Assembly (NCBI GenBank): GCA_025594325.1
Contig: JANHCV010000003.1
Span: 2,294,001 to 2,358,000, forward strand
Reading direction: 5' to 3'
DNA: 64,000 nucleotides
Source of the DNA: Blastocladiella emersonii ATCC 22665
Lineage: Eukaryota; Fungi; Blastocladiomycota
The translations under genes and the position numbers were made by a program. Numbering within the stretch: position 1 is the stretch's first letter; each line of letters starts with the position of its first letter. The notes under the pieces were generated by a model, which was not told where the DNA came from, did no database searches, and was given only the letters and a program-made list of their open reading frames with translations. Shown here piece by piece: positions 1 through 9,599 of this stretch.

Positions 1-461
1 TAAACTACATCCCGTTCACTGTCTCCATGCCCAATGTGCGCAGCTGGACTCGCGCGTGCTAAGCAATAGAGAGAGCTGCTTGCACCAAAGACTTGAAACA
101 CGACGCGTCCGCGCCGGCCAGCAGCTGTGGCTGCGCCACCGCCACGGCGCTGAGCCACCGCCACTTCGACGCGCGTCACCGACTTTCCGCTTCCGCGGCT
201 CGAACCCCGTGTTCCCTCCCGCTCGCGTTCCGCGTTCCTCTTTCAAAGGTCCTCGTTGACAGCGGCCGGTGCACCGGATTGCGGCCGAATCCGCAGCCGA
301 CGCTGACCGCAGCCGCAGCGTTCCGCTGGAACTGCGGCGCACTGCGGCGCCGCCCCCGCGTCCGTGAACCGCACGCCGCGACGCCTCACCGCTACGTCTA
401 TAATTCGGTAAAGAGCGAGGTGCAACGAGGCCCAGCGGCTCGCTGACACGCGGCGCCGACT

Positions 462-472
462 CGTATAAGAAC
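462..472 (+). promoter_or_regulatory. TATA-like motif CGTATAAGAAC upstream of the Gln/Ser-rich gene
   Basis: Ends ~100 bp upstream of ATG 575; the same 11-mer lies upstream of the protease genes (46952-46962; mirror 41893-41903). Confidence 0.45.
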
Positions 473-574
473 GGGCTGCTCCCCCGCCGCCTCAGACCGA
501 GTTGACCATCAACACCTCCTCTTCCAGCGCCACCACACCCACACCCACTCCACCACCTCCACCACCTCTTCAAG

Positions 575-1447
575 ATGACCTTCGGCCCGATCTTCGTCCC
601 GCCCGTCCAGTCGCAGTCGCAGTCGCAGTTCCAGAACCAGTGGGGCGGCAACGGCGCCCAGCATCAGTCCCAGTCGCAGTCGCAGACCCAGTTTGGCGGC
701 AACGGCTCGCAGCCGCAGTCCCAGTCGCAGACCCAGAACCAGTTTGGCGACGGCGGCAACCAGTCGCAGTCGCAGTCGCAGTGGCAGTCGCAGTTCCAGG
801 GCCACAACTCGGTCGACCCCGCGCAGCAGCAGTCCCAGTCGCAGTCGCAGACCCAGTGGGGCGACGGCGGCGCTCAGTCGCAGTCACAGTGGCAGACGCA
901 GAACGGCGGCAACGGCGCCCAGAACCAGTCCCAGTCGCAGTCGCAGTTCGGCGACGGCGGTGCTCAGTCGCAGTCGCAGTGGCAGGCGCAGAACGGCGGC
1001 AACGGCGCGCAGAACCAGTCGCAGTCGCAGTCGCAGACCCAGTTCGGCGACCATGGCGCTCAGTCGCAGTCGCAGTGGCAGGGCCAGTGGGGCAGCAACA
1101 ACTCGGGCGACGCGGCGCAGCAGCAGTCGCAGTCGCAGTCGCAGACCCAGTGGGGCGACCACGGCGCCCAGTCGCAGGCCCAGTCGCAGTGGCAGCAGAA
1201 CCACGGCGGCGACGCGTTCCAGGCCCAGAACCAGTGGCAGCAGCAGGGCCAGTGGGGCAACCACAGCTCGACCGACGGCGACGGCGGCTCGCTCATTGCC
1301 AGCGGCGGCGACCCGGCGACCTGGGGCCCGTCGCCCGCGGACGGCGGCGGCAACGGCGACTTCCACCACCTGCTCCCGACCCCGCACCATGGCGACGTCG
1401 GCGGCGACGTCATGACGCTCCTGCCCGTCCACCACAACCTCATGTGA
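575..1447 (+). CDS. Intronless 290-aa Gln/Ser/Gly-rich repeat protein with His-containing C-terminal tail
   Basis: ATG after a CA-rich leader and TATA-like motif; many QSQSQSQ(T/W)Q(F/W)G(D/G)xGA units; consistent codon use (cag tcg); no Lys or Arg; the alternative frames are shadows. Confidence 0.8.
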   Translation: MTFGPIFVPPVQSQSQSQFQNQWGGNGAQHQSQSQSQTQFGGNGSQPQSQSQTQNQFGDGGNQSQSQSQWQSQFQGHNSVDPAQQQSQSQSQTQWGDGGAQSQSQWQTQNGGNGAQNQSQSQSQFGDGGAQSQSQWQAQNGGNGAQNQSQSQSQTQFGDHGAQSQSQWQGQWGSNNSGDAAQQQSQSQSQTQWGDHGAQSQAQSQWQQNHGGDAFQAQNQWQQQGQWGNHSSTDGDGGSLIASGGDPATWGPSPADGGGNGDFHHLLPTPHHGDVGGDVMTLLPVHHNLM

Positions 1448-1871
1448 AGGCGGCATCGCGTCGCGACCCGGCCGTCACCCTCAAGCACATTCCCCAAGGT
1501 CCTGGATGCTCCGAACGCGAGGATCGACCGTGTAAATACTCTGTCATGTTACCCAGCAATCAATATCACATCTTTCGTTATATCACTTTCATGGTGTCGT
1601 GGGAGATGGGAGAGCGAGGACGCGTTGCGGCGGTCGCTCGCGCTTTGAGCTCCGCTTCTCCGCCACTCGTTGGCCGACCCGTCTACAACTCTCTCGAGTT
1701 TTACGATGGCACCTCATGCAACTTGTATATCTATGGCCTAGAAACCCGTCTTTGTAGTTGCCCGGACCGTTTCAGTGCCTCGACGCGAGTCGGGCCTCGA
1801 CAACGACGCGACGCACTGGATCCGCTTGCGTCCGTCGAGAACTGTTCCGCCGACTCTTGAGAAACTCCGGC

Positions 1872-2414
1872 TCATACCCGATAGTCTCGCCTTCTTCGGC
1901 CTATGCACTCATAATCAACGAACTCGGGCGCCCCTGGCTGGCAGCCGCACGTGGGCTCGACACATGGCCTCGTGGCACTTCGCACGGCTCTCGGTGCGAT
2001 CCACTCGGAGCGATCCAGGGGGACTTCGTCGTCAATGAGCGTACGAGAGCCGCACCTCAGCATGAACATGCACTTGCCGCGCGCTTGGACGTGGCCCGCG
2101 ATGAGAGCGGACAAGTCCTCGCGGACAACGACAACGGCCCTTTCCATGAAGTCGGCCGTGGTGGCGAGCGCGTCCTTGGTGAGTCCAACGCTGATGATGC
2201 CCGAGTCGCCCGTGACCAACTAGGCCGCGCTAATGGTGACGGCCGAGGTGCGCAGGCCGTACAACGTGGCCGTCCTCCTGCTGTTCGCCATCAGCGTCCG
2301 GAACGCAAGGATGAGGATCAGGCCAAGGAGCAGCACTCCCGAAATGGAAGATTCCTCGACTAGAACTATCACGACCGTCGCGATGATCACCATGATGCCG
2401 AACGAGATGGCCAC
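1872..2414 (-). pseudogene. Small two-TM ORF interrupted by one in-frame TAG (2220-2222)
   Basis: ORFs 2220-2414 (hydrophobic) and 1872-2219 abut in the same frame; no homolog recognised; ORF-track start is GTG. Confidence 0.3.
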
Positions 2415-2644
2415 GTACGCGAGAGAAAATGAGGTTCGCCGTCAGCGCACCGAACGCGTACGAATGGCCGGCCATGCTCGCACAATTGGGCCCAGTAGAT
2501 AAGTCTGATCCTGATCAACTAAATGATGATGTTGGGAACACATGAAAGAAATCAAATTTTCGAACAGGCGAAGCGCAAACGAACAGTACTTTTCAAGAGA
2601 CAGGAACAGATGAGGGGTATCACGAAAAGCAGAACATCAACAAC

Positions 2645-3636
2645 TCAGCAAACATCAACGGCGGCCACAGCGGACCGCAGGACAACGGGCGCCGAGGAAG
2701 TCGGGAGTACCTTGACGCCAAACTTGGTCGAGCGCGGCTCGGAAGTCTTAGCAGACACCTTGACGGTACTGGATGCACCGCCCAGGAGGTTGCTGAACCG
2801 ATCCTTGATCGTCGACCATCGGGAGCTCGAAGCCGACTCGACCAGCGTCTGATCGGAACCGAGCTCGGCCGGGAGCTTGACGAGGTTCGAGTCGATGGCC
2901 ATGGACTCGGCCACCGCCGCCACCTTTGCCTCGGGGCCTCGGGGTCCGCCGCGGCCTGCGGCGCACTGCCACGGTGGCCGGCACGGCGGCGAACCCAGCG
3001 CAGAACGTTGCCAGCGGTGCTGCGCTTCTTCTCGGCTTGGGCGGTGACGGCGGGAGCGTGGGTCGCGTTCGTCGACTCGAACAGGGTGGAGAACTCGGTT
3101 GCCACTGTGCCCGCGGGGTCGGTGCACGTCGAGGTCTCCTGGAGCTTGATCGACGCCGCAGTCGACACGGGAGCGTCGACAACAGCGGTCTGGGTAGTCG
3201 GGACGATGGCAGGTGTGACAGCAGCCACGGCGGCGGGCTCAAAGCTAGCGCGCAGGGTCGATACATGCACCCCGGCGAGCGCCTCGAGCACCACCGCCGC
3301 CGTCACAGCGCACGCCGGAACCGACTTGGTCTCGTTGTTGCCCTGCCCGAGCTGGTTCTTGGCATCGCCGCCGAAATGGGCGATGTGGACCTGGTCCTTG
3401 GACCGCGAGCAGGGCGAACGAGACTTGGACGAGCCGGGAGCAAGCGCGAGCTGCTCGAACCGGTGCTTGAGCGTGCCGGCCGTGGGGGTCGGCGTCGAGT
3501 CGACGCACTCGTTGTTGTTGGTGGTCTGCTTGTTCTCGGGCATGCTGATGCTGGTGCCATTGAGCGGCAGCTTGGCCGAGGACGAGAACACCTTGGACGA
3601 CGAGGACGACGAGGCGAGGGCAATCTGGGCAGACAT
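2645..3636 (-). CDS. Ser/Thr/Ala-rich hypothetical protein with one frameshift near 2933
   Basis: TATA-like cctataaa (minus strand, ~3731-3738) then ATG 3636 (MSAQIALASSS); frame switches at gac ccc gag gcc cc(c) gag gca aag, where one extra C in a C-run restores ...ADPEAPEAKVAAV... Confidence 0.5.
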
Positions 3637-3790
3637 GGTGCGATACAAGCGAGTGAAGTCGGATGTGGTACAAGGTCTGCTTTGAGGCAAGGGTGAAGAG
3701 CAAGAGCTGAAGCGGGGAGGGCGGCCGGGATTTATAGGCGGTGCCTTGCTCGAGTCGCTCTGCACACTGGTCGTGCACTGCCTGAGATGA

Positions 3791-3890
3791 TGAACAATGC
3801 GAAAGCAGCAGATCTCAGGTGACTCCGAGCAAGCGGGTGGCGCAGCGACGCGCCCAGCTGCGCCACCCTCGTCGGGTCGCGTTTCATCTT
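3791..3890. repeat. 100-bp repeat copy 1 with 12-bp GC stem / 10-nt loop
   Basis: Colinear with 7011-7110 (84/100 identical, no indels); stem GGGTGGCGCAGC 3835-3846 / GCTGCGCCACCC 3857-3868. Confidence 0.9.
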
Positions 3891-3936
3891 GGCCGCTCCT
3901 CTCCTCTCGCGCGAGTCAAGGTGTGTGCAATAAAGA

Positions 3937-4272
3937 CTAGGGGAGATACATTGCAAACAAACCACACGATCCAGTCTGCTCGTCCGCGACCGTCGGTGAC
4001 GCGGTCCAGACCTCGGCTGAGGCGGCGGCGCCAGGGACCGCGGGCGCGACGAGCGACGCGAAGGTCTTGGGGAACATGCGCTTGTGGAGGTTCATGCAGA
4101 CGTTCGTGTCCGTGCTAAAGGTGATGGACGAGGCGCCCAAGCCGTAGAAGGCGGCCGCGAAGAGGGCCACACCTTCGAGTGCGATCCAGAACGTGAAGTA
4201 GACGATGAGGCCGAGCGGCAGTCCGAATCCCAAAAGTTTGCCCTCGACCACGGCCACGCCGACCGTCGCCAC
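3937..4272 (-). CDS. Possible small membrane protein or fragment
   Basis: 111-aa ORF with hydrophobic segments (LLGFGLPLGLIVYFTFWIALEGVALFAAAFYGLG); non-ATG start in the ORF track; no homolog recognised. Confidence 0.3.
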   Translation of the reverse strand: MATVGVAVVEGKLLGFGLPLGLIVYFTFWIALEGVALFAAAFYGLGASSITFSTDTNVCMNLHKRMFPKTFASLVAPAVPGAAASAEVWTASPTVADEQTGSCGLFAMYLP

Positions 4273-4433
4273 ATCTGCCCACTGAAATGACCTTATGCGT
4301 GAAGAAGACGCAGCGACGCGCCCAGCTGTACCGTTCTAAGTCGCGCAGCGTTCAAAACGGTGCTTCTTTTGTACGCATTTGTCGTTCAATCACGGTTTGT
4401 CGTGCCATCTATTCTCCATTCATTCATTCCAAA

Positions 4434-6312
4434 CTACACTGCGCGATCCCCGGCCTGGCGCACAACGGCAGCCGCAGGCGCCGACGGGTACGCGACGAGG
4501 GGCGTCGTAGCCGACGACGCGGCCTCGTTCGGCACCGCCGCAGCCGCGCCCGGGCCCGTCATACCGATGGGCTGGATCAACGGCGAGGGCGGGAGCGGGA
4601 CTGCAGCCACGACCGACGGCGACGGCATCTGCATCGTGGCTGCGGGCGGGGCGGCGAGGGTCGCCGAGGTCGGGGTTGCGAGAGCAGGCGGCGGCGGGTA
4701 CGCGTCGATGGAGCGGTACTGAGGTGGCGTCGTGTTGGTCGCCGACACCATCGGGGGCTGCGGCATCGACATGGTCGGGTACACTGGCGCAGCAGCAGCA
4801 CCAGCAGTTGACGACGACGGCGGCGGGGGCTGCGGCATGTTCATAGTCGCGTACGCGGGCGCCGCGCCTGCATCCATCGGCGGCTCGGGCATCGCGGTGG
4901 GCATGACCGAGTACACGGGAAGGCGCTCGACGGCGTACCCGGCGCCGCGGACGCCCTGCTCGGGGTTGGAGTTGAACTGGGCGCACCGGAACGGGAGCTG
5001 GCCGCAGTTGAGGCGCACCGCGCACGGGCCGTCGGCGCCGACCGCGATATGGACCGCCGTCTCGGGACACGGCGCGCGCGGACCCTCGACCGTCGGAAGC
5101 ACGACGCCGTTGCGCGTGAAGAAGCACGACCCATCAGCGGTCCGGAGCCCAACGCCGATCACGTCGTCGACGCGGAACGGCTTCCCGTACGCGTCGCCGT
5201 CGCCGTCGTTGTCGCAGAACACGCGGCCGTCGTCCGAGTGGTACCCGACGCTCCAGTCGTGCCACCCGGGCAGGCGGAAGTACGGGTACGGGACCGTGGC
5301 CAGGCCGATGGCGAGCGTCGTCTGCGGCGCCATGGCGACGACCGTCACCTCGTAGTAGAGCACGGGCGGCGGCGGCTGCGCGTGCGCAGGCAAGAGCCAC
5401 GGGACGGGCAGGTTGCTGACGAGCGTGAGGTCCGTGTCGGCCGACGCGCGCGTGATCGGGTTCGGGAAGAAGTGCACGGTGCCGTCCTCGGGCGCGACGC
5501 CGACGAAAGACGCCATGTCCTGGAACGGCAGCGCGAGCGCCCAGGCCGCCGGGTTGGCCATGGCGTCGAGCGCCTCGGGGGTCGGGTTGAACGGCATCGG
5601 CGGCGTGTTGTTGATGAACTCGCGACCGCGTGCCGCGGCGTCAGCCGTAGCCCGGTGCACGGGCGCGGCGAGCGAGCCCTGGTACGTGACCTGCGTCGGC
5701 GGCGCGTAGTCCTTGGCGGCCACAGCGGCGGGCGCCGAGTCCCTTGGCGAGCTGCTGGTGGTGTTGGACGTAGGTTTTTCTTTGTTGTTCTTGGGGATAC
5801 TGCAGGGGCGGAAAGGGTTCGCAAGGCAGATGAGCGCGATCGCGACGACGAAAAGCACGATCATCACGATCCCAGAAGCGCTGATGCCGTTGCTGTTGGA
5901 CAGCCGGTCGCAGGAGGACCGGTAGGTGCCGTCGACTCGTAAGCCGTCCTCGTTGTAGAAGACACAGCCGTTTGATGACGGCACGTAGACCCAGTAGCCG
6001 TAGCCGTACGGGCCGTAGTAGACTCTAGGATACGTGTCTAGATGCAGGGGCTGATCGAATCAGCGATGCGAAGGACCAGGACGAGGCCGGGCGATCCGTA
6101 CTCCCGTAGATGGCAGTCCCTGCTGGGGAGGAGCCGCTGATGCCGCCTCGCGAAGATGACGACGAGGACCCGCCGCGACTACCGCCGCCTCGGCCGCCGC
6201 CACCCCCACCGCCTCGGCCGCCGCCGCCCTTGGGCAAGGGGACGGGCGCGGCGAGAACGGCGGCCGCCTCCACGAGCGCTAGGAAGGGGAGTGCGCGGTG
6301 ACGCTGATGCAT
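4434..6312 (-). CDS. Single-pass membrane SPRY-domain protein (Ssh4/Ear1-like), ~604 aa, 2 exons
   Basis: join(6312..6102, 6037..4434), 64-bp GT-AG intron, frame preserved; N-terminal hydrophobic segment, Gly-rich stretch, TM (GIVMIVLFVVAIALICL), SPRY motifs YYEVTV...IAIGL...LPGW...SVGYHSDDG...DVIGVG...FFTRNG, Pro-rich tail. Confidence 0.85.
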
Positions 6313-7010
6313 GGCAGTGTTTGAAGGTGTTGATCTCGAGAGTTCCAGAAAGAGAGAGAGACGCGGCCGACGAACGAGGCCTTTCCGTCGAGCAAGAGCT
6401 GGCGCACTGGCTGGCTCTGTGGCGGAAGAGGAGCACTGCCTGGGCGTCGATCATGCTTCGTCGTGCACAGCCTTCACCGCTGTGGCGCAACGCGGGAGCG
6501 TTGCTTCGACGGCCCGTCGCGAATTCCTAGGGAACTCTGAACGGCGTGTTAACCATTAACCAGGTTCAGCTCAGTCCAAAGAACTTATATTCATCGACTG
6601 CGACAGCTACACAGCAGCTTGAGCGCCCAACTCGGCCGTGATCGGCCGCATGATTTCCTCCTCCACCGTGTCCTGCGCGACGAACCACTTCACAGCCGGG
6701 TCTCCCGAAACCGAGCCGAGCGCCCGCTTGACCATCGCCAGCGCCGCCTCGTCCGTCTCGGCAAGCACGGGATGCGCAAAATACACGCTTGACGCGCCCG
6801 AGTTGACCTGGAAACGGCGGCCTCGCGTCGCTCGCGCCGTCCAGCGCAATAACTATGACGCGGACATCATTCTACTTGCGGGATACACGGATAGCCGCTT
6901 GCTGCAGCCGCGCGTTGGGCGATGACGCGTCGATCGCGTTCACGCGGAGGACCGAGTTGATGGCCGTGGTGATGAGCGACGCGTGCGCGGGCGACTCTTG
7001 TGCAGGATTG

Positions 7011-7110
7011 TGATCAATGCGAAAGCGGCGGATCTCAGGTGACTCCGTGAAAGTGGGTGGCGCAGCTCGGTGCGTTGCTGCGCCACCTTCGTCGCGTCGC
7101 GTTTCACCTT
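7011..7110. repeat. 100-bp repeat copy 2 with 11-bp GC stem / 10-nt loop
   Basis: Stem GGTGGCGCAGC 7056-7066 / GCTGCGCCACC 7077-7087; loop differs from copy 1 at 7 of 10 positions. Confidence 0.9.
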
Positions 7111-7351
7111 GATCGCACCTTCCCATCACTCCCACATAAGGGCCCGTTTGGTTCAGATCAGGTGGATCAGCTGAAAAAGTTGCCACGTTTCACCTCACCC
7201 CCCTTCATCTCAGCGGCCGTGCGGACCAAACGCCCCGCTGGATGAACGCCCCCCCCCCGCAATAAAATCTTTCCCACCTCTTTGCAGCCGCACTTATTGC
7301 AACGAATCAACACCTAACCTCACGCATCGTGTTCTCGAGCCCTCGAACAAC

Positions 7352-8669
7352 ATGGGCAAGGGATACAACCGCAAGCTGCGCGGCCTCATGCTCACGGCCG
7401 CCCTCGCTCTCCTGCGACGTCTCGCTGCTCGCAACGAGCGCCGCTCGCGGGAGCCTATCCGCACGTCCACGCTTTCCGGCGAGTCGTGGGTTCAAGAGCT
7501 GCTGACGTGTAACAGCAAAACGCGTTTTTCGGAAATCGTCCGTATGCCCCGCAAGACCTTCAAGGCCATCTGCCGCCTGTTCCGCGACCGTGGACTTCTC
7601 GCCGACGGCCGCAAGCTGTCCGTCGAGGCGCGCTTCATGGTTTTTCTTGTCATGGCCGGCGAGGGCAGCACCAACCGCAACCTCAGGGAGCGGTTCCAAA
7701 TCTCTGGCGAGACCGCGTCCAGCGTTCTGAAGAAAGTGATCGACGCTCTGTACCGCCTGATGCCCGAGTTCACTGTCCAGCCGTCCGATTCTACGCCCGT
7801 GCATGAGCGCATCGCCCACGACCCGAAATACGCTCCGTTCCAGAACGCGGTCGGCGCGCTTGACGGAACGCACATCCCGTTTGTTGTGCCCACTAAGCTT
7901 CACGACTCGTTCCGAAACCGCAAGGGGACCATATACTCAAATGTCCTCGCTGCCTGCGACTTTGACTTGAACTTCACCTACGTTCTCGCAGGGTGGGAGG
8001 GCAAGGCGCACGACTCGCGCGTGCTCTCGGACGCCTTCGCCCGTGGGTTCAAGATCCCCGCCGGCCGCTTCTACCTCGCCGACGGCGGCTACGCAAACCG
8101 CACGTCCATCATCGTGCCCTTCCGCGGTACCCGCTATCATCTTCGCGAGTTTGCTCGCGGCAAGGATGGGTACGTTCTCACTGCCATGACCATCACGTTG
8201 GCGCCATCTCATCTGCTTCACCAACGTACGTAGAGTTAAGAACCGCGAAGAGCTTTTCAATCTGCGTCACGCGTCGCTCCGCAACTCCATTGAGCATATC
8301 TTTGGCGTGCTCAAGAAGCGGTTCCGCGTCCTCTCGATTGGCGCGGCCTACCCAATCAAGACTCAAGTCAAGCTTGTGTACGCGCTCTGCACGCTGCACA
8401 ACATGATCAACAAGTGGAACCAAGGCGGCGACGCCTTCTTTCGCGACGCCGAGACGGAGCTCCGGCGCGCGCGGGACGCGGCGCGTGAGGCGCCAGTACG
8501 TGGGCGCGAGCCCCTGGACGACGAGAACGAGGAGGACGACGAGGCCGCTGTCCTCGAGGCCTCGCTGGACGGAGCTCGTCAGCGCGGTATCTCGCTTCGG
8601 AACCGCGTCGCAAATGTTCTTTGGACCGAGTACAGGCGCGTCATGGCCGCTCGTGGGACCCGTCTTTGA
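7352..8669 (+). CDS. Harbinger DDE transposase, 417 aa, 2 exons
   Basis: join(7352..8169, 8234..8669), 64-bp intron; motifs GALDGTH, YLADGGY, FNLRHASLRNSIEHIFGVLKKRF. Confidence 0.93.
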
Positions 8670-8982
8670 AGGCGCGAAATAATTGTTGTACCCGCATGCA
8701 TGCTGTAATATACTGATTTGTCAAGTACTATAACGTTAGATAAGCGATTCCAGATGATTTGACGCGTCGCTGAGGTCAGAACGCATCGGTGGAGACGCGT
8801 CGATCAATCACGTGACGTGTGAGACACTTTGAGAACCACGCGTTTCTCAACGAGTCGCGTCATTTTCGAGCGAAGGGTAACGATTGAAGATACGATGGAC
8901 ACAAAGCCAGATGTATTGGACACAAATGGGCGAGAACAAGGCCAGGAAGCAACGCGAGGGGAGGGGGACATGTGCGAGAGAG

Positions 8983-9360
8983 CTACTGAATGAAAAACTC
9001 GAGGACGCGCTTGCGCTTCGATTCGGACACGGCCATGACGCGAAGCGCTTGATCCTCGGTCAGGCGGGTGGCGACGTCGATCTGGTACTCTTCATTGTCA
9101 TTGTACGCGTCCTGGACCCATTCAAGTGCGGCGGTCAGAACGGGCTTGGAGTCGGCGGTCGCGACGCTCTGGAACACCTCCTTGATGCCCATGAGGAATT
9201 CCGAGTCCGAGAGGCGACGCGAGCTGCTGTCCGAAGTGCGGCTGCGCTTGCTGGCGGGGGCCGCGTCGTCTTGACCATCGACACCTTCCACGTCACCAGA
9301 CTCCTTGCCGTCCTGCTCGAGGTGCGAGTACTCGCCGGTGGTGGTCGAGCTGCCCCACGA
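8983..9360 (-). pseudogene. 3' remnant of the Harbinger Myb/SANT-like gene
   Basis: Translation matches 23859-24234; the DNA-binding exons are lost at the junction ttttcct|tc|gtggggc. Confidence 0.9.
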
Positions 9361-9599
9361 AGGAAAACAGCGTTTATATAGGCCGGGAAGCACAGCCTGA
9401 AGGTTTCGGGGGCGAGCAGACGGGCAATTCAGCGACGAGGGTTCCATTCAGCTCATCCGGGGGTCGACCCAAACGCCGCGATGAACGCGACGGGGTGAAA
9501 ATGCCACGTTTCAGCTGGGTGAACACCGGACCGTGTAAAATCGATTGATCCACCTGATTCACCCCGGAACCAAACGGGCCCTAACATGCTGCCGACGAT

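Larger units (their letters stand above)
7140..9581 (+). mobile_element. PIF/Harbinger DNA transposon, internally deleted copy (2442 bp)
   Basis: 15-bp TIR GGGCCCGTTTGGTTC at both ends; TAA target duplication (7137-7139, 9582-9584); intact transposase; Myb/SANT gene reduced to its 3' part. Confidence 0.95.

Noticed and set aside
600-1260. Regular nucleotide repeats resembling a CRISPR or satellite array
   Set aside because: They are in-frame codon repeats (cag tcg) without unique spacers, and there are no cas genes; the context is eukaryotic.
2925-2945. Possible programmed frameshift in the 2645-3636 gene
   Set aside because: A single missing base in a short C/G run with no slippery heptamer; sequencing error or a simple indel is more likely.
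3781-3830. C/D snoRNA or SECIS reading of the hairpin repeat (ATGATGA at 3787; CCTGAGAT/ATCTCAGG stem)
   Set aside because: Neither the box-C-like motif nor the 5' arm is conserved in copy 2, and no box D follows.
6607-7000. Possible minus-strand gene fragments
   Set aside because: Frames are broken, and I found no clear start, splice solution or recognisable motif.
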